Shown: positions 36,180 to 47,800 of the stretch, piece by piece
Position numbering within the stretch: the stretch's first letter is position 1
How the letters are laid out: every line of letters starts with the position of its first letter
Assembly (NCBI RefSeq): GCF_009914755.1
Contig: NC_060930.1
DNA length: 64,000 nt
Origin: the human T2T-CHM13v2.0 reference genome, Homo sapiens
Strand: one strand, 5' to 3'
Program-made: the position numbers and the translations under genes
Notes under the pieces: model-generated
What the model was told of the DNA's origin: nothing
Database searches by the model: none
Seen by the model: only the letters and a program-made list of their open reading frames with translations

Positions 36180-39100
36180 GCCTGTCATCTCAGCACCCTC
36201 TAGCACCCTGCCGCCAGCCAACCAACATGCACCTTGCCGCACTGCTGCTGCTGCTGACACGTGAATAAATATGGATCCCACTGTCACTGCCCTATGAAGG
36301 GCTTTGGCTGGCACCGCCCATCATAGTGTTGTGACCAGTGGTCCAAGAGCATCTTGGTCCTGCTAGTGCAGCAAGTTCCTAACCTCGAGGAGTCAGAGCA
36401 CAAAACCAGGGCTCAGTACCAGTCCCCTAAAGTTAGAGCACACAGTTCAGAAGTCCTGAGCTGAACCTTGGCTCCCTAAAATCTTCCAGAAATGAAGCCA
36501 GTCGACTGAACCCACCTCAGAGCGCAATTAAACCCTGAAGGTGGCTCACACCTGTAATCCCAGCATTTTGGGAGGACAAGGCAGGTGGATCACCTGAGGT
36601 CAGGAGTTTGAGACCAGCCTGACCAACATGGTGAAACCCTGTCTCTACTAAAAATACAAAAACAAAACAACAATAACAAAAAACCCAGGTGTGGTGGCAC
36701 ATGCCTGTAATCCCAGCTGCAGGAGAATCACTTGAACCTGCGAGGAGGAGGTTGCAGTGAGCCGAGATCGCACCATTGCACTCCAGCCTGGGTGACGAGC
36801 GAAAATCCATCTCAAAAAAAATATATATATATATACCTTGAAGGTCATTAAATGGGATTAAAAAATATCTAAAGGACAGCAGCTGCAAAGAGTGAAGGCA
36901 TATAAGCCCACAAAAATGAGAAAGAACCAGCACAAGAACTCTGACAACTCAAAAAGCCAGAGTTCCTTCTTTCCTCCAAACAATTGCACTAGCTCTCCAG
37001 CAAAAGTTCTTAACTGGGCTGAGATGGCTGAAATGACAGAAATAGAATTCAGAATATAGATAGGAACAAAGATCATTGAAACTTAGGAGAACGTTGAAAC
37101 CCAATCTAAGGGAGCTAAGAATCACAATAAAATGATAGCTGACAGAAAAAAATAGCCAGTATAGAAAAGAATGTAACTGACCTGATGGAGTTGAGAAACA
37201 CACCACAAGAATTATATAATGCAATCACAAGTATTAACAGCAGAATAGACCAAGCTGAGGAAAGAATCTCAGAGCTTGAAGACTAATTTCTGAAATAAGA
37301 TAGTTAACAAGAATAAAAAAAATTAAAATAATGAATGAAACCTCCAAGAAGTATGGGATCATGTAAAGAGACCAAGTCAACAACTCCTTTGTGCCTCTGA
37401 AAGAGATGAAGAGAATGGAAGCAACTTGGAAAATACATTTCAGGTTATCATCCATGAGAATATCCCCAACCAAGCTAGAGAGGCCAACATTCAAATCCAG
37501 GAAATGCAGAGAATTCCTGCAAAACACTTCACAAGAAGATTATCCCCAAGACACATAATCTTCAGAATCTATAAGGTTGAAATGAAGGAAGCTGCTAAAG
37601 AGAAAGAATGGTTATCTACAAAGGGAAGTCAGTCAAACCAACAGCAGACCTCTCAACAGAAATTCCACAAGTCAGAAGAGATTGGGGGCCTATATTCAAC
37701 ATTGATAAAATGAAGAGAAATTCCAACCAAGAATTTTATATACAGTCAAACTAAGCTTCATAAGTGAATGAGAAATAAGATTCTTTTCAGACAAGCAAAT
37801 TCTGAGGGAATTTGTTCCCACCAGAAATGCCTTAGAAGAGCTCCTGAAGAAGTACTAAATATGAAAAGAAAAGATCACTACCAGCCACTACAAAAACACA
37901 CTTCAGTACATAGACCAGTGACACTATGAAGAACCACACAAACAAATCAGCATAATATCCAGCTATTCACTTGATGACAGGATCAAATCCACACATACCA
38001 ATACTAACCTTGAGTATAAACAGGCTAAATGCCCCCACTTGAAAGGCACAGAGTAGAAAGCTGGATAAAGAAACAAAACCCAATGGGATGCTGTCTTTAA
38101 GAGACCCATCTCACATGCAGTGACATCCATAGGCTCAAAATAAAGGGGTGGAGAAAAATCTACCAAGGAAATGGAAAAAAGAAAAAAAAATCAGGGGTTG
38201 CAATCCTAATTTCAGACAAAACATACCGTAAACCAACAAAATTCAGAAAGGACAAGGGCATTACATAATGATGAAGGGATCAATTCCACAAGAAGACCTA
38301 ACTATCCTAAATATATATGCACCCAACACAGGAGCACCTGTATTCATAAAGCAAGTTCTTATAGACCTGCAGAGAGACTTAGACTCCTAGACAGTAATAC
38401 TGGGAGGCTTTAACAACCCACTGACAGTATGAGACAGGTCATCAAGGTAGAAAATTTACAAAGATATTCAGGACCTGAACCCAACAAATGGACCTGATAG
38501 ACATCTACAGAGCAACAGAATATAGATTCTTCTCTGGTGCACATGAAACATACTCTGAAATTGATCACACAATCAGACATAAAACAATCCTCAGCAAATG
38601 CAGAAGAACTGAGGTCATAGCAATCACTCTCTTGGACCACAGTGCAATAAAAATAGAATTCAAGACGAAGAAAATCACTCAAAACCATGTAATTACATCA
38701 AAATTGAACAACCTGCTCCTGAGTGACTTTCAAGTTAATAATGAAATTAAGGCAGAAATCAAGAAGTTCGTTGAAACTAATGAGAGCAAAGATACAGCAT
38801 ACCAGAATTTCTGGGACACAGCCAAGGCAGTGTTAAGAGGGAAATTTGTAGCACTTTTAAAAAATTTATATGGAACCAAAAAAGAGTCTAATAGCGAAGG
38901 CCATCATAAGCAAAGATAGCAAAGCAGGAGGCACCATGATCCCCAATCAAACTATACTATGGAGCTACAGTAAACAAAGCATCATGGTACTATTACAAAA
39001 ACAGACATATAGACCAGTGGAACAGAATAGAGAGCCCAGAAATAAGACTGCACACCTACAACCATCTGATCTTCAACAAAGCTGACAAAAACAAGCAATG

Positions 39101-40030
39101 GGAAAAGCATTCCCTGTTCAATAAATGTGCTGGGATAACTGGTTAGCCATATGCAGAAAGTTGAAACTGGACCCCTTTGTTACACTATACAAAAATCAAC
39201 TCAAGATGGATAAATTCTTAAATGTAAAACTCAAAACTATAAAAACCCTGGAAGACAATCTAGGCAATACCATTCTGGACACACGAACTGGCAAAGATTT
39301 AATGATGAAGACAGCAAAGCAATCACAACAACAGCAAACACAAATGGAATCTAATTAAATGAAAGATCTTCTGCACAGCCAAAGAAACTATCAATAGAGT
39401 AAACAGACAACCTACAGAATGAAAAAATCTTTGCAAACTATGCATCTGACAAAGATCTAATATCCAGCATCTATAAGGAACTTAAATTTACAAGAAAAAA
39501 CAACCCCATTAAAAAAGTGGAGAGAGGACATCAACAGACACTTTTCAAATGCGTACACACATTTGGTGGAGAAGCATATGAAAAAAAGCTCAATATGAAT
39601 GATTATTAGAGAAAAGTAAATCAAAACCACCATAAGATACTGTCTCATACCAGTCAGAATGGCTACTATTAAAAAGTTAAAAAATAACAGGTGCTGGCAA
39701 GGTTGCAAAGAGGGAATACTTACACACTTCTGATGGGAATGTAAATTAGTTTAACCATTGTGGAAAGCAGTGTGGCAGTTCCTCAAAGAGCTAAAAACAG
39801 AACTACCATTCAACCCAGCGATCCCATTACTGGGTATATACCCAAAGAAATATAAATTGTTCTATCATGAAGGCATGTGCACACATATGTTAATCAGAGT
39901 GCTATTCACAATAGCAAAGACATGAAATTAACCTAAATGCCCATTAATAAAAGACTGGATAAAGAAAATGTGGTGCATATACCATGGAATATTATGCAGT
40001 CATAAAAAAGAACAAACTCATGTCCTTTGA
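36180..40030 (+). mobile_element. L1PA (old, PA13-16/PREC2-like): part of 5' UTR, ORF1, ORF2 EN, large internal deletion, 3' end missing
   Basis: ORF-track fragments MENTFQVIIHENIPNQAREANIQIQE (ORF1) and MDLIDIYR...[15 protein letters not shown] (ORF2 EN end); A-rich sense strand. Confidence 0.92.
36541..36834 (+). mobile_element. AluS with (AAC)-expanded linker and (TA)n tail, inserted in L1 5' region
   Basis: gtggctcacacctgtaatccc...cacctgaggtcaggag; TSD acc(c/t)tgaagg; short deletion in the right arm. Confidence 0.93.
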
Positions 40031-40123
40031 GAGATACTATTACTTTGGTTGATGCAACAAGGAATAAATGAGGAAATATATTACTTAAACTTTATGAAAG
40101 AAGACTAAATATTGCTTATTCAT

Positions 40124-40493
40124 TGATATAGTTAGGCTTTGTGTCCCCACCCAAATCTCATCTTTAATTGTAATTGCCATAATCCCCACATGTCAAGGGA
40201 GAGATCAAGTGGAGATAATTGAATCATGGGAGCCATTTTGCCCATGCTGTTCTGATAGTGAGTGAGTTCTTATGAGATCTGACAGTTTGATAAGGGGCTC
40301 TTCCCCATTTGCTTGGTACTTCTTCCTGCTGCCTATTCAAGAAGGTGCCTTGCTTCCCCTTCGCTTTCTGCCATTATTGTAAGACTGAGGTTTCCCCAGC
40401 CTTGCTGAACTATGAGTCAGCTAAACCTTTTGTCTTTATAAATTACTGAGTCTTGAGCAGTTCTTTATAGCAATATGAAAACAGATGAATACA
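40124..40493 (+). mobile_element. MSTA-type solo LTR
   Basis: tgatatagttaggctttgtgtccccacccaaatctcatc...gaaaacagatgaataca; perfect 5-bp TSD TTCAT. Confidence 0.92.
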
Positions 40494-43369
40494 TTCATAT
40501 TGAAAAGAAGGAGGAGAAGAGATTAGTTCAATAGGTAAGCTAAACTTTCAGATAACTAGAATTCAGTTGGTAATGCCTAAAATTCATAAACCAAGAGAGT
40601 ATAAATGTATTCTTTTGAAATATAGAATATTATAACAGGTAAAAGGAATTATCCTTCGGAGTGAGTTTCAAGATTAGTAGGAGTTATTTCAAACCATTCT
40701 GTACAATTTTATCTTTTTAGATATGCAGACGATCTAATTAATTTTCACTTGGCCTTCTGTCATTTGACAGTAAGAGCTCAAATCTAACCCATATGGTCAG
40801 GTAGGAAACAAAGGCTACTTTCTTTCCCACTTGTAACATCTACCTCAGTCAGACTATTTACTGTCTTTCAGTTATAACACAAACTCCCCATGTGTATAAA
40901 TGGAGGGAGAATATCTCTGTGAGGGAAATGTTGTCAATCTGCTGCCATGTTCCATCCTCGCACCAAACTAGCAGTGACTGATCTATAACTCATATAGTAA
41001 AGTGCACTATTAAACATGCCCAGTACTATTTAACTATATCAGTCTCCTTGCTTGGAATTTAATGGTCATCAGTTGCATTAGTCAATTTTTATTGCTCTTT
41101 GAATTATGTACACTGCGCCTTCTGCCATTTTAATGGGTTTGTGTTTCACAGATTGGCACAGATTAGGGTTTATATCTTTAAAGAGATGAAATAGTTGTGC
41201 AGTGTACACTAGAGAAACAGTCTCCAAACTGACCAGCTGCTTTGCTTTCAAATAATTTATTTTTTTATTCAACACCCTTTTTTATTCCCCCTCCACTGCC
41301 CTACAAGTTAGCTTCTTCCAGGTAGGCACTAGGGGCACAAAGATGAATAAGACATGAACTTGATACTAGAAGAACACATAGTCTAATTATAGTAAATATA
41401 TTTTATCTTGATAAGTACAATAATTGGAATAAAGTAGCATGGGAGTGCCAAGGTAGGAAGAAATATAATTAAAAATTACATTCTGTGCCCTATTAAAGCA
41501 GACTTTTTGGAGTTTAGTCCATGTAATACCATTAAACATCACTAATTTAAAAATAATTTACTACAAATAAATTAGTTATTTTTAAATGACTGAGTGATTT
41601 ATTTAGAGAAACTAAGTTAGAGAGTTAACTGACTAGTGAAACAATAAATCTAGAGTATAAATCCTTAATTTTGATTATAAATTAACTAAGAGATTTTCTA
41701 GTTTTTCTTTTAATAAATAAATTCCAAGCCTTTCTACTTTTCACTGAGAACTTGTCCTAACTCATCTTTACCTTTATTGTTATTGTTATTATAATCTTTT
41801 TTTGGATATGAAATCTACATATCTGCAGGCCAGATCACATACTAGCTACTCTCAAAAATAAATCACAATGAAAAGTGTAAACTCTGAAGTAAGAAAGAGT
41901 GATTAGAAGTATTCATTAAGTATAAATGTGGTGTTTCATATACGGCGTAGCTTGATTTTGGAAATTATATCCCAATTTCACGGAGGAAAGTTGCCATTTT
42001 TTAAACTGTGGTTTTCTAAAAAGCCATAGTAATATTTTTGCCATCCTCTCTATTATATGCCTTTCAAGTGCAATTAGTATATTTATCATTTCCTGAATTG
42101 GCTTCTGAAGACAGAAAAGAAACACTTCCTACCTTAAAATTTTAAGCCTAACTGCAATATTGTATGGGCAGATGCAAAGAAGACATGAATCAGTCGATAT
42201 AATTAATTTGTTTCAGCAAGGGGTTAAGTGTCTTCCTAAATCAGTAACTAAGAGGTTTCTACCGATTATTGGGTTTACATAAACCGCTTTGAGGTTACCA
42301 ATTAGTAACAGGTACACTTGTCAAAATGCCTAAATTAGTTTCCAAATCAGAGGATAGACTTGATCAAGAATGATAGTTTGTATATAGGCCAGAAAAACTG
42401 CCCATGTCCACTTTCCAAAGTGCCAACTGCATGTGGTTTTCCCTTACTACTCTAATGGAATCCTGAATTCTAGACCTTATGAAACATACTAGCCAGAGCC
42501 CGACTGACTTCTAGTAAAAAGAATTGAGTGTAAATAATATTTATGGCCTTGCAGACTATTTGGCTGAATCCACCTTAAAAGATAGCTTCATTCTGCTTAT
42601 ACAACGTTTCACCATATACAGTAGCACAAAAGGACACTCAGACCAAGCCAAAAAGAAAGACAAAAGTGTAATTCACCAAGGAAAGAAATGTATAAAGGAA
42701 GGTGACTAAACTGAGACTTCATACAACTGTTTATTTGTCATAAAACCATCTATGAGCTAAGATATAAGCATAAACATTAAGTGAATGACAGTTGTTTTAT
42801 TGTGTTTTCAACATTTTTAGTTGTATCTTAAAAAATACCAGATGCTATTCATATGATGCCAAACATATGGCTTTTGGCCGTGCTCTTGTAATCTGTAGTA
42901 GATTGCTATAATGTACAGGGCAGGGGGAAAAAGGCGATTTACAGATAGCACCGGCCTGAGTCCCTCACAGCTGGATCTAATTTTACTGAACTGATGGTCT
43001 CTTCCCTCCAGCACCTTCTATTTTATCAAATGCCACATATTGTTTTTGAAGTGGTTCTTGTTGTCATAGTGAATACCACAGATGGATAACACACAGGACA
43101 TTTGGTTGTCAGTTTTCTGACTAAGGTCAGGACCTACTGTTCATGTTTGGGTGGAGTATTTATAGGACTGCCCAAGGAAACTAATGAGTTTCAGCTGTCT
43201 GAGAGAATGCATGGGACGTTGCTTACTTGGTTGATGTACTTGGAGGCCATTATAGTCATTTGGGCTTTAGGTGTGTCTTTCTATCAGTTGGTAAACTGAC
43301 ATTTCACTTGGAAAGAAGATGAAAAGGGTAAGAAAGAGAATGAATACATGCTAATAATTATTTTATTGC

Positions 43370-43520
43370 ATTGTGATTGCCTATTTACTTTTCTGCCACT
43401 CCTACTAGATTTTAAGCTTCTTGAGGGTAGAACACTTCTTGTTTAATATCAAATAGTGTGCATGTAGCTCTTGGGCTGGTACATAATAGGGGCTGAAATA
43501 TCTAATGAATGACTAGATGA
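43370..43520 (+). mobile_element. L2 3' fragment
   Basis: ctactagattttaagcttcttgagggtag...acataatagg...aatgaatga. Confidence 0.55.
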
Positions 43521-44125
43521 AAAAGCAAGCATTCAAAGGGTTTCCATAGATTTGATGATTATGGAGGCAGAGGATAAGTAGTCAATGAAAAAATTGTAGA
43601 TCTCATTCTGTTTCCTAATTTTTCCCCAAGACTTAATTTTTAAAGATCCATCTCTGTTGTTCTTTGAAACAATCTGTTTCTTCTAACTGTAACATAATAC
43701 CCTTGTATGCATTGGCTACCTTTTACCTATCACTCTCTAACTGATGGACACCAAGAATGCTTCCAACTCACTTCCAACACAGGATAATTTCTAACTATCT
43801 CTACTGCTGCCATGACACAGATGTGGGACCACATAGGAGACAATTGCTATCTACAGTTGCAGATGAATTGGTCACATTTTTAAATTTTACTGTAAGAGTA
43901 CTTTGTTTTTTGTTAATAGGAAACGTTTCCAAAGGTTTCTACCTCCTTAGGCTTCCTTTAGGAAATGAGGCACTGATTTCTCCCAAACATTTCTTGGGAT
44001 TCTGTTGTTCAAAACTGCCTTCTCTAGTTATGTCCCTAGAGAGAAGAATCCTTTTCTTTTCCATTTCTGCAACTCTGTCTCATCCAGCCTGTGAATACTA
44101 GTTTACATTGTCAGGGCAATCAAGC

Positions 44126-44150
44126 TACACACACACACACGCGTGCACAT
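44126..44150. repeat. (CA)n / alternating purine-pyrimidine tract
   Basis: tacacacacacacacgcgtgcacat. Confidence 0.9.
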
Positions 44151-44236
44151 CCAGTTGTCTTCATGGCTTTACTTTTTGAGTTCCATAATACTCAGCTCTA
44201 GCAAATCAAAACCCTTGTTATCTATGACCTTTGCTC

Positions 44237-44256
44237 TGTGTGTGTGTGTGTGTGTG
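44237..44256. repeat. (TG)10 microsatellite
   Basis: tgtgtgtgtgtgtgtgtgtg. Confidence 0.95.
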
Positions 44257-44649
44257 CCTTCCTCATGGGGTAGAAAACCAGGAATTATGTAAAATCCAGT
44301 TAAGACCTCTAAATTTTATTCCCACTATATATACATTATCTAATTCAGTGTACATAAATATTTATTTTATAGATTTAGAAGGTGAAACTCAGCTTAAATA
44401 ATGTGCCCAAGGTTTCATAGTTAGTGGAAAAGGACTTTCAAATAAAAGTTTGACCCGAAATGCCCAAATTCATTTCACTCTGCTACAACACTGGCCTGCA
44501 AGTAAAATGCTGCTGCCACAAATGCAAGTTATGATATATGTGTGCATTATAATGACACATACTAGTCTTTGTAGCCACATTTTCTCACAGAGGTGATTCA
44601 TTTTTTAGAATTCATAGGGAAGGACAACATATTTCTGCAAAAGCCAGAA

Positions 44650-44885
44650 AGAATGCTGGGTTTCAATCTTGATTCATCACTCTTCTTCACAGTCTATACT
44701 CAACCAATCATCAAATTCTAAATGTATTTCAAATCTGTTACTTTTTTTCCATGTCTACTGCAACCCGCCTAAAACCATACCAATATCATCTTTCCTGGAC
44801 TACTGCAATAGCTTGCTAACTGGTCTCCCCATATCTGTTTTTGCCTTCTTATGATCCATTATCCACATTGCAACTAAAGCGTTCT
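44650..44885 (+). mobile_element. L2 (5' part; continues at ~52250 after the L1MA insertion)
   Basis: cctggactactgcaatagcttgctaactggtctccc...tccattatccaca. Confidence 0.7.
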
Positions 44886-44889
44886 TTTC

Positions 44890-47800
44890 TAAAATTTTGT
44901 TATTTTGAATTTTTGTGGGTACATAGCAGGTGTATATATTTATGGAGCACAGAAGATATTTTGATACAGGCACCCAATGCACAATAATAACACAAAGATA
45001 AATGGGATATCCATCCCCTCAAGCATTTATCTGTTGTGTTACAAACTAATTACACTCTTTTAGTTATTTTAAAATGTACAATTACATTATTATTGACTAT
45101 AGTTACCCAATTGTGCTATGAAATACTAGGTTTTATTCATTCTTTCTAATTTTTTTTGTGTCCATTAATCATCCCCACTTCCCCTACAACTCCTACCCTT
45201 GCACCACCCTTCCCAGCCTCTGTTAACCATACTTCCAACCATCTCCATGAGTTTACTTGTTTAAATTTTTAGCTCCCACAAATAAGTGAGAACATGTGAT
45301 GTTTGTCTTTCTGTGCCTGGCTTATTTCACTTAACATAATAACCTCCAGTGCAATTTATGTTGTCACAAATGACGTGATCTTATTCTTTTTTATGGCTGA
45401 AAAATACTCTATTGTGTATATGTACCACATTTTCTTTATCCATTCATCTTTTGATGGACACTTAGGTTGCTTCCAAATCTTGGCTATTGTAAATAGTGCT
45501 GCATTTAACATAGGAGTGAAGATATCTCTTCAATATACTGATTTCCTTTCTTTGGGGGTATATACCTAGCAGGAGAATTGCTGGACAATATTATAGCTGT
45601 ATTGCTACTTTGTGGAAACCTCCAAACTGTTCTCCATAGAGGCTGTACTAACATACATTCCCACCAACAGTGTACAAGGGTTCCCTTTTCTCCATATCCT
45701 TGCTAGCATTTGTCATTGCCTGTCTTTTGGATATAAGCCATTTTAATTGACATGAGATTATATCCCTTTGTAGTTTTCAAATGCATTTCTCTGATGATCA
45801 GTGATGTTGAGCACCTTTTCATATACCTGTTTGTCATTTGTATGTCTTTTGAAAATATGTATTCAGATCTTTTCCTCATTTTCTAATCAGATTATTAGAT
45901 TTTTTTCCTACTGAATTGTTTGAGCTCCTTATATATTCTGGTTATTAACGCCTTTTCAGATAGGTAGTTGACAAAGATTTTCTCCAGTTCTGTGGGTTGC
46001 CTTTTTGACTTCACTGATTGTTTCCTTTGCTGTGCAGAAGCTTTTTAACTCATTGTGATCACATTTGTTCATTTTTGCTTTGGTTAACTGGGCTTGTGGA
46101 ATATTACTCAAAAGCCTTTGCCCATTCCAATTACCTGGAGAGTTTTCCCATGTTTTCTTTTAGTACTTTCATAGTTTGAAGTCTTAGATGTAAATCTTTA
46201 ATATATTTTAATTTGATTTTTGTTATATGGCAAGAGATAGGAGGCTAGTTTCATTCTTCTGCATAGGGATATCTAGTTTTCCCACCACCACTTATTGAAG
46301 AAACTGTCCTTTCCCCAGTGTATGTTTTTGGCACCTTTGTAAAAAATGAGTTCACTGTAGATGTATGGATTTATTTCTGGGTTCTCTGTTTTGTTCCACT
46401 GGCCCATATGTCTGTTTTTATGCCAGTGCCATGCTGTTTTGGGTACTATAGCTGTGTAGCATCATTTGAAATCAGGTAATGTGATTCCTCCAGTTTTGTT
46501 CTTTTTGCTTAGGATAGCTTTGACTATTCTAGGTCTTTTTGTGATTGCATATAAATTTTAGGATAGTTTTTTCTATTTCTGTGAAGAATGTCACTGGTAT
46601 TTTGTTAGGGATTGCATTGAATCTGTAGATTGCTTTGGGTAATATGGAAATTTTAACAACATTGATTCTTCCAATCCCCTGAACATGAAATATCTTTCCA
46701 TTTTTTGTTTCCTTTTCAATTTCTTCCATCAATGTTTTGTAGATTTTATTGTAGAAACCTTTCACTTTGGTTAAATTAATTCCTTGGTATTTAATTTTAT
46801 TTGTGGCTATTGTAAAAAGGATTACTTTCTTGATTTCTTTTTCAAATTGTTTCAAATTGTTTGCAGTTGGCATATAAAATTTCTGTTTCAAATTGTTTGC
46901 AGTTGGCATAAAAAATACCACTGATTTTTATATGTTGATTTGGTATCCTTATTGTTTTCCAGATCTATGATGAAAGACTTTCAGTTTTCTCCCATTCAGT
47001 ATGATACTAGCTGTGGGTCTGGCATATATACCTTTTATTATGTTGAGGTAGGTTACTTCTGTACCCAATTTTTTGAGGATTTCTTTCATGAAGAGATGTT
47101 GAATTTTATCAAACACTTTTTCAGCATCAATTGAAATGATCATATGGTTTTAGTCCTTCATTTTGTTAGAATGATGTATCACATTGATTTGCATGTGTTG
47201 AACCATCCTTGCATCTCTGGGATAAATCCCACTTGGTCATGGATCTTTTTAGTGTGTTGTTGAATTCTGTTTGCTAGTACTTTGTTGAGGATTTTTGCAT
47301 TGATATTCATCAGGGATATTAGCTTCTAGTATTCTTTTTCTCATGTGTCTTGGTCTGGTTGTGGTATCAGGGTAATACTGGTCTCATAGAATGAGTTTGG
47401 AAGTATTTTGCTCTTTCTCTATTTCTCAGAATAGTTTGAGTAGGTTTGGTATTAGTACTTCTTTAACTGGAAAAATTCAGGGGTTAAGCCATTGGGTCCT
47501 GGGCTTTTATTTGCTGGGAGACTTTTTATTACAGATTCAATCTTATTATTTGCTATTAGTCTGCTCAGGTTTTGGATTTCTTCATGGTTCAATCTTGGTA
47601 GGTTGTATGTGTCTAGGAATGTGTCCGTTTCTTTTAGATTTTCCAATGTATTGGTATATTGTTGCTTATAGTAGCTACTAATGATCCTTTGAATTTCTGT
47701 AGTATCAGAAGTAATGTCTCCTTTTTCAACTCTGGTTTTATTTATTTGGACCTTCTCATTTTTTTTAGTCTTGCTACAGATTTGTCAATTTCGTTTATGT

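Noticed and set aside
36517-36933. 138-aa ORF on the - strand
   Set aside because: Antisense Alu translation ([16 protein letters not shown]...), a common artefact; the same applies to ORFs at 1305, 15854, 23185 and 61210.
38488-38919. 143-aa endonuclease-like ORF
   Set aside because: L1 ORF2 EN/linker remnant running into a deletion junction.
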